61,962 bases of DNA from positions 1 to 61,962 of IMG/VR virus record IMGVR_UViG_3300016654_000115, one strand, 5' to 3'. This DNA is from a virus (lineage: Duplodnaviria > Caudoviricetes). The position numbers and the translations under genes were made by a program. This document shows positions 20,201 through 29,279 of the stretch, in pieces (position 1 is the first letter of the stretch; each line of letters starts with the position of its first letter). The notes under the pieces are model-generated. The model saw only the letters and a list, made by a program, of their open reading frames with translations. It did not search any database and had not been told where the DNA came from.

Positions 20201-23200
20201 GCAAACAAGGCCCCGCCGGGGATGATCGCCGCCATCCTGAAGAAACTCAATGATTTCTTCACCGCCCTTCGTAATGCTTTAAACGGTGCTGGATATCAGA
20301 CCGCAGAGGATGTATTTGGAAAAATTGAGAGGGCGGAGTTGACCCCATCCGCAAAAGCTCAAGGTAGAATGCAAGAACGCCTAGCAAGGCGAGGAGAAAG
20401 ATATGCAACCACTGAACCTAAACAACCTTCCGTTCGACCCAGCCTTAGAGGCGGCGAAGGAAAGCAAGAAGAGGGAGCAGGAGGTCGAGACAGAGGAAGA
20501 CGGTTTACGGGCAGAGGCCTTGCGCCGCTTGCAGGTGCGCCGATTATTCAGGGAGCAACCGGGCCAGACCCGAGACTAGTTGCTGTTGCGCAACAGTATG
20601 CCGAGAAAATTGGCATACCCTTCCGCCGTCAGGCGGAATATGTAGAAGTAGATGAGAGCCGCGCAAGGCGGATCGCTCAAGCGTATGAGGATATGCCTCA
20701 TGCGCCTCAAGACCCAGAGGTCAAAGAAGCATATGCAGACCTGATCCAACAGACCAAGGATCAGTACGATGCCCTTGTAGATGCTGGCTATGAATTTACA
20801 TTCTTTGACAGCAATACTGACCCCTATGATGGCAACCCGTTTAACGCCATGCGCGATCTCCGCAATAACAAGCGGATGGCTGTTTACGGAACATATGATG
20901 GATACGGTACAGATGGAATAACTGGTGCCGCCGTCGAAGACAACCCCATGTTGGCTGACACCGGATTGCGTTGGCCGGACCAGAACGGGGTTGAGCATAT
21001 GGTCACCGCCAATGACTTGTTCCGCGCCGTGCATGATGCATTTGGTCACGGGCTGGAGGGCGCTGGCTTCCGGGCCCGTGGCGAAGAAAACGCATGGCAG
21101 GCACATGCCAAACTGTTTACAGGCCCGGCAGTTGGGGCAATCACGTCCGAGACTCGCGGTCAGAACAGTTGGCTGAACTACGGCCCGTATGGGGAAAAGA
21201 ACCGTACCGCCAAATTGCAAGATACCGTATTTGCCGAACAGAAGACCGGCCTAATGCCCGAGTGGACATGGACCGAGGGCATGGTTGCTGAGGAGCCGAC
21301 GGGCATCGTCTTGGGTCAAAAGCAAACCGGAGCATCTTCTTTTAACGGAACCCACTACGGAACCTCTCGGGTTGATAGCCTTTCTGGCGCAAAGTACGGC
21401 ACAGGCATTCGCGGGGCAGAGCGCCGCCGCCTTGAAGCCACGGACGACGAACGAATCAAAAGGCGTGTTTACTTCTACATCCCCAAGCCGGATGGCACCA
21501 TGCCAATTCCAGAGGCCGGTTTGGGGCAGTATGTTTACACGCAAAGTTTTGACAACATTCTTGGCCCCGGCGCTGAAATGAGTAGGCTGTTTAGCGAGGC
21601 GCGGGGAGATGCCAACACATTTGAGAGTTTGGTTGTCGATGCCGGATACGACGGTTATGCAGCGCCCAACATGGGCATGATGGTTGTCTTGAACAACGAT
21701 GTACCCGTCGATTACAAAGGTACAGCAGCCCAACAAAGAGAAAAACTAAGCCTTAGAAGCGATATTTTTGCCAAACGATTGAACTCCATTGGAGTTAAGT
21801 CAACAGATGATTTCTGGAAATTATGGCAAAACATAATGATTGGAACCGCAGGTCCGCGCCCCGGTCTTTCTGGCGTATTGGATGAAAGACCCCGCCAAGA
21901 ACAAATTAAAGATGCCGTAGCGGTGTGGAAAAAAGATGTTGAACAATATGGAATGCGCAGGTATTTGTACGGTTACTTGAATACTGCCGATGATGAGATA
22001 GTAAAAGCAAAAGTTGCCAGAGAGATACTAGAACTAGCGCAAATCAAGCCAACAGTACAAAATGCAATTTGGGCTTATAACTCTTTGCCGGGGCACGTAA
22101 TTTCTGCAAATGATGCGGCAGTCATTAGATCATTGCCAGACGATTTTGATCAAAAGGCAATTTTCAAAGACAAAGAATTTCCGCGCAAACCAAAAACTGG
22201 AACTGACTGGCTTACGGGTAAAGAACTCATAGAGCCAGAAGCAGAAAATGAGCCAAAGTTCAGTCTACGCATTATGAGGGGAGAGATTACCCCCAAGTTT
22301 GATGGCAAGGTGACGGTCGATAAGATTGGCAAATATTTTGATGACCAAATTTTTGCTGAGTTTGGTAGAAAACTCGATTACAACAACCCCCAAGATTTTG
22401 ATCGTGCTATTAGGGTGGCAAACGAAGAGGTTGCATATCAATTAACTCAGGAAAAATCCGGCCTTGATTGGTATGAGGAAGACATCAAAAAGGCGTTTAA
22501 AGACACAATCAAGATCATCCCAGAACTCAAGAAGGAACAAAACCGTATTCTATTTAGCATTATGGCTGGCATTATGTCGCCCCAAACTAACGCCAGAGAC
22601 AACTGGTTTATTGCTGCAAAGGCTTTCCAGCATTATTTAAACACTGGAGTCATACCCGGTGTAAATCCAGAAACAGGCGGACTGTGGCAGGGTGGGACAA
22701 CTTCTGTAAACAAGAAAGTCCAATTGGAGTTTCTAAACAGATTGGTTGCTCAGGTTGGGCAAAGAAAAGCCGTTGATTGGGCAATGGACGACCACACCGT
22801 CGCAGAAATCAATGATTACCGTTCTGAATATGGAAAGTTAAAGACCGGCATCGACGGCAAGTTGGGCGACATCAAGCCGGGGCTTTATGCATTTGGCCCG
22901 AAGGTTGGCCCATTCGTCTCCAACATCAATGGTATTCACGATGTCACGGTAGACATGTGGATGACCAGAACATTTAATAGGTACTTCGGTACAATGATTG
23001 GCCCCGATGGCAAGATCATTGATGCACCGACAGAGCCTCAACGCAGAGCCATCAAAGAGTTTGTCAACAAGGTAGCACAAGATGCAAACATCAAACCGTA
23101 TCAAGCCCAATCGGTCCTCTGGTTCTATGAGCAAAGCCTCTACAGGAAGCTCGGGAGCCCGGCCCCCTCTCATGGATTCAGCGACGGAGCGGCCAAGTTC

Positions 23201-26200
23201 GTCTCTGAGTCAGGAGGAGGAGGCGGTAAGGAGGGTGTGCCAGTTGCTGCTAAGAAGGCTCAGAGAAAGCGATTAAGCCTCCGAGCCCCCCAAACACCTG
23301 AATTTAAACGGTGGTTTGGCAGGTCTAAGGTGGTTGATGAGGGCGGCGAACCAAAAATCATGTATCACGGCACTGCCGGGGACTTCGAGGCGTTCCGACC
23401 CGGTAAGGCAGATGCCATTTTTGTTTCTCCCAACGCCAAATTTGTGGAAAGTTTTGGTGGATACGGAGAGGACGAACTAATTGAGCAAATTGCAAAGCAA
23501 TTTGATCAACAGCCGGAGCGCAAACGCAGCCTTCTGATTCCGTTGATTGATGATGCAATTGCTGATAAACGCCTTGCCACCGACAAAAATTCAAACGGGT
23601 TATATGGCACAACCCGCGAGGAATTGATTGATCGCTTTATGGATAGCGATCTTAGTAATTTGATGGGAAGCGTTGGCATTGGCAGTCAGTTGCGTGATGC
23701 ATTGGAAAATGAATTGCCAAGTCGGGCAAACATTATTCCTGTATATGTTAAATCAGATAATCCATTTGACTACGAAAACACAAAGCATGTAAATCAAGTT
23801 GCGCGTCTTGTTCAAAACAATGTTGGCGTTGGCACGATGTTCCTTGCTGATGGATCGCGGTTAAAAACCAAAGACCTTTCGCAGTTACTGAAGGAGGGCT
23901 CTTGGCGGGCGATTGAAAGCGAAGATGTTCAAGATGCCATCCGTTCGCTTGGTTTTGATGCTTTCCATATCAAAGAAGGCACAATTAAAAATTTAGCCGT
24001 CTACAACCCCAACCAACTTAAGTCGGTGTTTAATCAACGTCCGACTGAGCGGCCTGAGATGAGATTTAATCTTAGAGCCAATATTGATCCATCTCTGATG
24101 GCAATGGTTGATCGGGTAACTCCAGAGAGGATTGAGAAGACTTGGGTACAAAGCATCACTGAAGCGATTGCCCCGAAGTCCTACAGCCACTTCCGTCAAC
24201 AGGCTTTAAACAGATATAACCGGCTGGGTGAGGCTGAGGTGTTTAGATCCCAGAAGATGGGTGGCCCCATCCGGATGGCGGAGGACAATGCAGAATCTGC
24301 CGCGCTGATGTCTGATAATGCTGCCGGGGTCGCTGCATCTGCTCTGGGGGTTCATGACAGGGCGGGGGGTGCTCCTGTTTACCGCAACGGTGTAACCAGC
24401 GTCTGGAACGATAACGGAAACATCAAGGGCCCGGTGGCGATCTTCGCCCCCCTTGCCAAATACAACAACCCCGATATCTATCGGCTCTACCAGTTCTGGG
24501 CAGGCTCTACCCGAGCGCGACGCCTATTGGATCAAGGGAAAGAGCGTTTATACACAGCGGCAGAGATTACCCGCGCCAAGGAACTGCTCCAGCAGTTCCC
24601 CGAGTTTGAGCAAATCCAGAAGGAATGGATTAAGTACAACAATGCTCTGGTGGACTACGGCGTTGCCACGGGCGTTCTAACGCCCGAGAAGGCTGCGGAG
24701 TTCAAGAAGTATTCCGACTACATCCCCTTCTACCGACAGTTGGATGGGGAGAGGACCGCCGGGCCAAAAATTTTCCAATCCATATCTGGAGTTAAGCCAC
24801 CCAAGAAAATAAAGGGCGGGGAGCAGCCTCTGGATGACCTGATTGAGACTGTCGTTAGGAATACTCAGTCGATGATTGAGGCTGGCATGAAGAATGTGGC
24901 GGCACAGAAGGCCGTCAATTTGGCGGCGGACATTGGTCTTGCCACCCGCCTGCCCTCTAAACAAACGCGGGAGGATGTTGTTACCGTCCTTGAGAGGGGG
25001 GTTGAGGTTAGCTACGAGGTGGCTGATCGACTCTTCATCGATGCGGTTAAATCTTTAAACCTTCCAGACCTTCCGTTTATTGGTCTCCTTTCCGGCCCCG
25101 CAAATCTTCTCCGTAACTTGGTGACCAAAGACCCCGGCTTCATGTTGGCAAACATGATGAGGGACTCAATGGCAGCTTGGGTGACCTCCGGTGTAAAGAT
25201 GGTACCGGTAACCTCTACGGTCATCAATTTTGGCAAAGCGATTGCCGGGCGAGACCCGGTTTTCCTAGCCCTTTTAAACGCTGGAATTATTGGTGGATAT
25301 GAGTTCTCCCAGAACGTCAAAGCCGGTGCGGCTGAGATGGAGAAGGCGATGAACAAGGTCGCCGGGGTCAGGCCCAAGGGTGCAGCAGCAGCCCTCAAGC
25401 CCTTCACATCCCTCTGGGATGCTTTAGAGAGGGGAACGACCGCATCCGACGCCGCAACCCGGATGGAGGTCTACAAACAAACAATGGCTGAAACCGGGAA
25501 CGAGGCGGAGGCTCTCTTCCGCGCCCTTGAGGTGATGAACTTCAACCGTAAAGGTTCTTCTCCCGTCATAAGAATTCTTACGGCAGCCATCCCATTTTTA
25601 AACGCAAGGATGCAGGGCTTAGACGTTCTCTACCGGGCGTCCTTCGGGAGGATGGTCAACAAGGACGCAGCAACAATTCAGAAGGCATTCTTTGTGCGGG
25701 GCATGACTATCGCCGCCCTATCTTGTATGTATTGGGCGCTGACCCATGATGATGATGAATACAAGAAGCAGGAGGAGGAAACCAAGGACAACAACTGGCT
25801 CATTCCCTCCTTGGGCATCAAGATTCCAATCCCCTTCGAGGTTGGTGTTTTGTTTAAAGTGGTGCCAGAAAGGATCATGGCCTACGCCTTCGGAACCGAC
25901 ACAGGGAAGGACTTCCTTGATTCGATGAGTCGGCAGTTGGTTTCAACCTTGGTGATAAACCCAATCCCTCAGGCCGCCCTCCCCGTGGTTGAGGCGGTGA
26001 CCAATTATTCTTTCTTTACCCAGCGGGAGATCATTGGTCAGGGTTTAAAGGATGTTGAACCCAAGTTTCAAGTTGGACCCAGCACATCTTTGGTATCTCA
26101 AACCATAGGGGAGTCATTGGGCATCTCCCCAATGAAACTGGATCACATCATCAAGGGCTACACCGGAACGATGGGCATGTACATGATAGACATGCTAGAT

Positions 26201-26608
26201 GCTGTTATGGATTTAAACAGCGATAGCCCGAGAGCAACAAAAAGGTTTGAGCAGTTGCCTGTGATTAAACGCTTTGCTGTTGACCCGGAGGCAAGGGGAA
26301 ATGTCACCGCCTACTACGACCTGAAGAACTCTGTTGACACGGCGGTCAGAACATCAAATCTTCTTGAGAGAACTCAGAACCTAGATAACTACGGGCCATA
26401 CCGGGAATCTGTCATGGGAATGCTGGCTACCCGAGATTATGTTTTGAACCTTGAGAAGACCATGAAAGAGTTGCGGGAGATAAAGATTCTTATCCGGTCC
26501 TCCGACATGTCGGGAGATGATAAGAGAGATGCCTTGCTTGAGATCAACAGGAGGGAGGACCAGTTGGTCGAGAACATCAGGGAGATCAGGAACTTCGCAC
26601 GCCCATGA
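17279..26608 (+). CDS. Giant polyvalent (probably injected) protein: zincin peptidase, HDxxGH domain, two ART-like domains, HhH-glycosylase-like domain, LPD38
   Basis: HESLH (aa 896), FRAVHDAFGH/GEENAW, YHGT...PVY...NP...GFD...NQLKS, VTVDMW, NFNRKG...IPFLNA...IPIPFEVG. Confidence 0.75.
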   Translation: MAKFRVEMVDGRAYEVEAPEGTPQETLFAAIQERYPLAFKSTEELESAKSAPFRAADIAKSAKMGLAGGVQSLTDIFGAGNVASQYLQEAQQEAFKGLSPERIAEIERREELKKRAEGKGLGREIGASVGAFTEAPAQTLAQALFSSAPIIASAAIPGGQAAGAARLLAAARGPTAVGAAMGLGGQKGQDYETVKRELLSQGIPEEEAEQRAQKAAEYSAQNILRQAGAAAAGAVEGRFGVEPAVGRLLSRRTIEGGKTPPTWSQAIGQSVLGEAAPEALQAAVGTIGTNQALDQAGIPTELSRGLAGTVAHDALVGAVLGLGLSPAQKANLSRDYEADRAAERKKFEDEERAKIEEIARKQQEEYERKGYQEVRKAFAPQDLTKNPLGTFKAQDLSPAVVEYLDNFRAQSGLPKLKEYSIEDIADAMPGREPAKEKEALAQFVGERAGYTPDSQVTVQTVLDEALRKNIDIDARSFTDFLGRATGVNDIREMMPQQLFAAYKSLSALPESPTIREIEGGTNATRFDQAQYESALNGIDALLAELGRPASLPAVNEEIKRTTGLKSGKAIQSLLDEAIRRGDLDEVQTPRYRTIVPETGEIVGAIYDTREEAEKAAPKGAEVQEVTQRAISSPSATARLPEGYDIREGLLQTGEAPQAYDVMAGDQILNRVKSEEEAQTKLESYAKTRAAETENARKVIDKQNARLTKSQENLNLMQVEGRGRTNVYQQAIAKHQKLTDEVNQIIAKQNERIRKFDPDTTPLSIAPVGAKAVGKTGFTVLKDGAPVATFPTREKAESSILEGLPTSRLEELTREKVRRGIGPKAQKELERRAGKEKPEQVTKLEADLRKVLNKFGLKDVSLEVAEAIDGGKAGGSYLNSLIKVALDEANPVRTLRHESLHALRDLGFFTDQQWKALTNQAKSKWIDTYLKQKNIDGQPLRAGETSRYEAYVSAYMGDMDSIIEEAVADAFADFDANKAPPGMIAAILKKLNDFFTALRNALNGAGYQTAEDVFGKIERAELTPSAKAQGRMQERLARRGERYATTEPKQPSVRPSLRGGEGKQEEGAGGRDRGRRFTGRGLAPLAGAPIIQGATGPDPRLVAVAQQYAEKIGIPFRRQAEYVEVDESRARRIAQAYEDMPHAPQDPEVKEAYADLIQQTKDQYDALVDAGYEFTFFDSNTDPYDGNPFNAMRDLRNNKRMAVYGTYDGYGTDGITGAAVEDNPMLADTGLRWPDQNGVEHMVTANDLFRAVHDAFGHGLEGAGFRARGEENAWQAHAKLFTGPAVGAITSETRGQNSWLNYGPYGEKNRTAKLQDTVFAEQKTGLMPEWTWTEGMVAEEPTGIVLGQKQTGASSFNGTHYGTSRVDSLSGAKYGTGIRGAERRRLEATDDERIKRRVYFYIPKPDGTMPIPEAGLGQYVYTQSFDNILGPGAEMSRLFSEARGDANTFESLVVDAGYDGYAAPNMGMMVVLNNDVPVDYKGTAAQQREKLSLRSDIFAKRLNSIGVKSTDDFWKLWQNIMIGTAGPRPGLSGVLDERPRQEQIKDAVAVWKKDVEQYGMRRYLYGYLNTADDEIVKAKVAREILELAQIKPTVQNAIWAYNSLPGHVISANDAAVIRSLPDDFDQKAIFKDKEFPRKPKTGTDWLTGKELIEPEAENEPKFSLRIMRGEITPKFDGKVTVDKIGKYFDDQIFAEFGRKLDYNNPQDFDRAIRVANEEVAYQLTQEKSGLDWYEEDIKKAFKDTIKIIPELKKEQNRILFSIMAGIMSPQTNARDNWFIAAKAFQHYLNTGVIPGVNPETGGLWQGGTTSVNKKVQLEFLNRLVAQVGQRKAVDWAMDDHTVAEINDYRSEYGKLKTGIDGKLGDIKPGLYAFGPKVGPFVSNINGIHDVTVDMWMTRTFNRYFGTMIGPDGKIIDAPTEPQRRAIKEFVNKVAQDANIKPYQAQSVLWFYEQSLYRKLGSPAPSHGFSDGAAKFVSESGGGGGKEGVPVAAKKAQRKRLSLRAPQTPEFKRWFGRSKVVDEGGEPKIMYHGTAGDFEAFRPGKADAIFVSPNAKFVESFGGYGEDELIEQIAKQFDQQPERKRSLLIPLIDDAIADKRLATDKNSNGLYGTTREELIDRFMDSDLSNLMGSVGIGSQLRDALENELPSRANIIPVYVKSDNPFDYENTKHVNQVARLVQNNVGVGTMFLADGSRLKTKDLSQLLKEGSWRAIESEDVQDAIRSLGFDAFHIKEGTIKNLAVYNPNQLKSVFNQRPTERPEMRFNLRANIDPSLMAMVDRVTPERIEKTWVQSITEAIAPKSYSHFRQQALNRYNRLGEAEVFRSQKMGGPIRMAEDNAESAALMSDNAAGVAASALGVHDRAGGAPVYRNGVTSVWNDNGNIKGPVAIFAPLAKYNNPDIYRLYQFWAGSTRARRLLDQGKERLYTAAEITRAKELLQQFPEFEQIQKEWIKYNNALVDYGVATGVLTPEKAAEFKKYSDYIPFYRQLDGERTAGPKIFQSISGVKPPKKIKGGEQPLDDLIETVVRNTQSMIEAGMKNVAAQKAVNLAADIGLATRLPSKQTREDVVTVLERGVEVSYEVADRLFIDAVKSLNLPDLPFIGLLSGPANLLRNLVTKDPGFMLANMMRDSMAAWVTSGVKMVPVTSTVINFGKAIAGRDPVFLALLNAGIIGGYEFSQNVKAGAAEMEKAMNKVAGVRPKGAAAALKPFTSLWDALERGTTASDAATRMEVYKQTMAETGNEAEALFRALEVMNFNRKGSSPVIRILTAAIPFLNARMQGLDVLYRASFGRMVNKDAATIQKAFFVRGMTIAALSCMYWALTHDDDEYKKQEEETKDNNWLIPSLGIKIPIPFEVGVLFKVVPERIMAYAFGTDTGKDFLDSMSRQLVSTLVINPIPQAALPVVEAVTNYSFFTQREIIGQGLKDVEPKFQVGPSTSLVSQTIGESLGISPMKLDHIIKGYTGTMGMYMIDMLDAVMDLNSDSPRATKRFEQLPVIKRFAVDPEARGNVTAYYDLKNSVDTAVRTSNLLERTQNLDNYGPYRESVMGMLATRDYVLNLEKTMKELREIKILIRSSDMSGDDKRDALLEINRREDQLVENIREIRNFARP
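20403..20579 (+). CDS. Possible nested 58-aa ORF in the +1 frame of the giant gene
   Basis: AGGAG 6 nt before the ATG; spans a low-complexity linker of the host frame. Confidence 0.35.
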   Translation: MQPLNLNNLPFDPALEAAKESKKREQEVETEEDGLRAEALRRLQVRRLFREQPGQTRD

Positions 26609-26879
26609 TGCCGTTATCAAAGAGCCACCCTATTGTGGCCCGGTGGGCATCCTCCCAAATCTGTTTTCTTTCCTCTTTGTTCCACGTGGAACCTTGATCA
26701 AGCTCGAAGTGGCAGGAGTGGCAGAGGGCGGCTATCCTGTAATCGTGGGCCTTGATTGATCTGCCCTTCCCATCCCTCAACTGATTAGAGTGGGCCGCCA
26801 CCACCGTGCCATCTGATATTCCACAGTTCTGACAGGGGGCCTCTCTCACCGCCCTTAGAAGTTTTTCGTCTCTGTACAA
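26586..26879 (-). CDS. DUF1364-like Zn/HNH-type nuclease
   Basis: PCQNCG...AAHSN..GKG..K.HD...LCHSCH..LD; TTG start uncertain. Confidence 0.7.
   Translation of the reverse strand: MYRDEKLLRAVREAPCQNCGISDGTVVAAHSNQLRDGKGRSIKAHDYRIAALCHSCHFELDQGSTWNKEERKQIWEDAHRATIGWLFDNGIMGVRSS
26678..26693. promoter_or_regulatory. parS-like palindrome TGTTCCACGTGGAACC
   Basis: 15/16 match to TGTTCCACGTGGAACA; lies inside a CDS. Confidence 0.45.
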
Positions 26880-27006
26880 GGCCAAGAACCCTCTCCTCAG
26901 TAAAGAAGCGGTGCCCATTTTCGCATTCCCGCTTCCTTTTTATTGGCTCACCCTTCCACGTGTAAATGACAGAGTGGGTGGAGGAGTTGCAAACTGGGCA
27001 TTTCAT
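26785..27006 (-). CDS. Zn-ribbon protein (NrdR N-terminal-like)
   Basis: MKCPVC...RKRECENGHRF.T.E. Confidence 0.65.
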   Translation of the reverse strand: MKCPVCNSSTHSVIYTWKGEPIKRKRECENGHRFFTEERVLGLVQRRKTSKGGERGPLSELWNIRWHGGGGPL

Positions 27007-27010
27007 GGGC

Positions 27011-27235
27011 CTATTCTAGCCCCAACCTCACCTCGTGGTCGGTCTCAATCCAAACCCTAGCCCCGCAAGAGAGGGGCTTGTCGGGGCTGTAAACCACCCT
27101 ACTCGGTCCATCAATCTCAACAGAGTGGGCATATCTGTTTGATTTGTAGGTCTTGACAGTCAAAACGGGATCATTCGACCCCGTTTTTTGGTTCCGTTTA
27201 ATCACATGTTGATTTACATGAATAACTGTTTTCAT
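27011..27235 (-). CDS. Conserved phage hypothetical protein
   Basis: IHVNQH.I..N...PDKPLSCGARVWIET. Confidence 0.7.
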   Translation of the reverse strand: MKTVIHVNQHVIKRNQKTGSNDPVLTVKTYKSNRYAHSVEIDGPSRVVYSPDKPLSCGARVWIETDHEVRLGLE

Positions 27236-27404
27236 TGTTTTCAACATCAAACCATTCGTAAATTTCATTCAAGATATGTTTTTCAACATAGCTCTTGATT
27301 GTATTCATGTCGGGTTTATCATCATGTTTAAATGCGCGGGATAGGCCCAAAGATATCCCGTTTTCAATGCACATTTCTAAAACCATAATTGATTTAGGTT
27401 TCAT
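27198..27404 (-). CDS. Hypothetical protein
   Basis: MKPK..VLEMCIENG; coupled in the leftward cluster. Confidence 0.6.
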   Translation of the reverse strand: MKPKSIMVLEMCIENGISLGLSRAFKHDDKPDMNTIKSYVEKHILNEIYEWFDVENNENSYSCKSTCD

Positions 27405-27606
27405 GTTCCAACTTGCGCCTCCAGAGCAGTTCTGTGACCTCCCTTGCTCCAAGCCTTTTCAACTCCTCCGAAGTGTATATCCATGAATAATGTGGGTAGC
27501 CGGGCCCGACATATACGTTTGGCACAGTGTAGTGTGGGAGATATGTGATCCCGTTTGCACGGTATGCTTTCATGCGATACAAGGGGGCCAAATCTTCTTG
27601 GTTCAT
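27394..27606 (-). CDS. Hypothetical protein
   Basis: Overlap-coupled in the leftward cluster. Confidence 0.55.
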   Translation of the reverse strand: MNQEDLAPLYRMKAYRANGITYLPHYTVPNVYVGPGYPHYSWIYTSEELKRLGAREVTELLWRRKLEHET

Positions 27607-27770
27607 TTCTCTTCCTCTTCCTTGATTTCAACCTCCGACCACGCGGCGGGGTGATAGACCTTGCCCTCGTCGTCGGTGCAAAAAGAATACATTCCATCAA
27701 TGTGGTGAAAAAGCAACTTAATGCCCTCCACCTTGATGCGGGTGTTGCGGGGAACGTCGTAGAGTTTCAT
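27603..27770 (-). CDS. 55-aa hypothetical protein (not in ORF track)
   Basis: MKLYDVPRNTRIKV...HIDGMYSFC; RBS AGGAGAGA; ATGA overlaps. Confidence 0.65.
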   Translation of the reverse strand: MKLYDVPRNTRIKVEGIKLLFHHIDGMYSFCTDDEGKVYHPAAWSEVEIKEEEEK

Positions 27771-27913
27771 TCTTTCTCTCCTCTTGCTCTGATGGCGGCG
27801 CGGGTGCGCTGGAGTTCTGCATTGCTGATGTGATACGCGCCGAGCATTTCAATAATTGCCTCGCGCTCGGCTGCTGCGACGAGTGCGGCGAAACGTTCAA
27901 GAACCGTTCTCAT
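27767..27913 (-). CDS. Hypothetical protein (ERE..IRARG family)
   Basis: LERFAALVAAAERE...AAIRARG. Confidence 0.6.
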   Translation of the reverse strand: MRTVLERFAALVAAAEREAIIEMLGAYHISNAELQRTRAAIRARGEKE

Positions 27914-28103
27914 GTTTATTTCTTTCTCTAATTTGTTTGCCGAGGTAATAACCGATGTTTGATACCGTAGGGTGGCGGTCGTCATACGCCTCACACACCT
28001 TCGCACACGCTTCGCGCTCTTCTTGTCTAATCAACTCAGCAAAGTGCTCGATGTCACCGTGCAGAGTCAAGCCGTTATCTTCTATTAACTTAAATACGTT
28101 CAT
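27897..28103 (-). CDS. Hypothetical protein (EREACA family)
   Basis: FAELIRQEEREACAKVC; RBS GGAGAGA. Confidence 0.6.
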   Translation of the reverse strand: MNVFKLIEDNGLTLHGDIEHFAELIRQEEREACAKVCEAYDDRHPTVSNIGYYLGKQIRERNKHENGS

Positions 28104-28353
28104 TCTTTCTCTCCGTCTCGTGTGTACATGCGTTTGTATCCCTCCATGTGCCATCGCTAAAAATGAAGCGTGTAAACAACAAATTTCCGTCTTTGTCGTA
28201 GTGTGCCGCCATGCATGGTGGCTCGTTGTACGCCGGAGCGCAGGGATGTAGCCCCATGCCGCTTTTCTTTTCATGCGGAAAGTAGTACATGGTGGTGACC
28301 GCTTCCTTTGGGGTATCCGGTGGTGTAGTGAAGTCGTACAGGTCGCGGTTCAT
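28090..28353 (-). CDS. Hypothetical protein
   Basis: RBS AGGAGA; coupled. Confidence 0.55.
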   Translation of the reverse strand: MNRDLYDFTTPPDTPKEAVTTMYYFPHEKKSGMGLHPCAPAYNEPPCMAAHYDKDGNLLFTRFIFSDGTWRDTNACTHETERKNERI

Positions 28354-28790
28354 ACCTTCTCCTTCAGCCGCTCCCGTAGTGCGGTGATGGCGGCGCGGCT
28401 TATGTTGCCTATCTCAAGGCGCATGTCTGTTACTTGTTGCGCCGTGAGCGTATCGGACGCGGGTGTGCCGTATTCAACAATGAGGGTAATTTGCTTCAGC
28501 GCGACCAACGCCTGTTGCAGCACAGCGGTGTCTTCTACGGGGTGTGTGTAGAGGGGCAGTGCTTTGTGCTGATCGGTGAAATCAGCAGGGTTATCGGTCA
28601 CGCACACAGACTTGCCATCAAGCGTGTAAACCATCCACGCCACCGGCTCCTGCTCAGGCTCCGCAAGCGCGGCGCGGAGGGCGGGGATGGCTTCCTCGCA
28701 ATACATTGCAAGCACTTGCGTGTCCCCTGTACGGTTAGTATGTTCCAGCGCATCGAGCGCCATCTGCGCGGCTTCTCGTAGTGGGTTCAT
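28350..28790 (-). CDS. Hypothetical protein (EPVAW...PLY family)
   Basis: LREAAQMALDALE...QEPVAW...PLYT. Confidence 0.65.
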   Translation of the reverse strand: MNPLREAAQMALDALEHTNRTGDTQVLAMYCEEAIPALRAALAEPEQEPVAWMVYTLDGKSVCVTDNPADFTDQHKALPLYTHPVEDTAVLQQALVALKQITLIVEYGTPASDTLTAQQVTDMRLEIGNISRAAITALRERLKEKV

Positions 28791-29016
28791 TTGATACTCC
28801 TTTATTTATCGCTAATGCAGCGCGGCCTTTGTCGGTCAGTCGATCTACTGCAACAAGGTTGCCTGCGCGGTGAATCGTCGGGCCTTTGCCAATAAACCCA
28901 CGGCGACGCAACGACCAGTACGTCGTCCACGACCCGGGCTTGGAGTTATACATCTTGAAGCCCCAGCCTTTCTCAAACATACGCAGCATGAACAGTTGGT
29001 GCGGAGAGAGTTTCAT
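28735..29016 (-). CDS. Hypothetical protein, possible wHTH
   Basis: LS..Q....L...SL.RRG.I...LT.KG..AL pattern. Confidence 0.5.
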   Translation of the reverse strand: MKLSPHQLFMLRMFEKGWGFKMYNSKPGSWTTYWSLRRRGFIGKGPTIHRAGNLVAVDRLTDKGRAALAINKGVSNEPTTRSRADGARCAGTY

Positions 29017-29201
29017 TCCTGCTCTACCTTGAAGTCGAGCGCCTTGGCAATCAGGCGCAGCGCGTTGTCAATCATCTCGTCGTAGACGCCGGGGGCGGTG
29101 TCTTTGATGACTTGCAAAACAATTTGCGCCTCATTCATTGCCTCGACGTCAAGCGACTCGCGCTCCGACAGTAGCCACGGATCGTTGTATTCTTCAGTCA
29201 T
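29013..29201 (-). CDS. Hypothetical protein
   Basis: RBS AGGAGA before MTEEYND. Confidence 0.5.
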   Translation of the reverse strand: MTEEYNDPWLLSERESLDVEAMNEAQIVLQVIKDTAPGVYDEMIDNALRLIAKALDFKVEQE

Positions 29202-29279
29202 TGCGCTTTCTCCTTTATTTATGTCTGCAATCAAAAACACAAACTCTATAGTGTCTGTGATTGCGGTTTATCCACCCAA

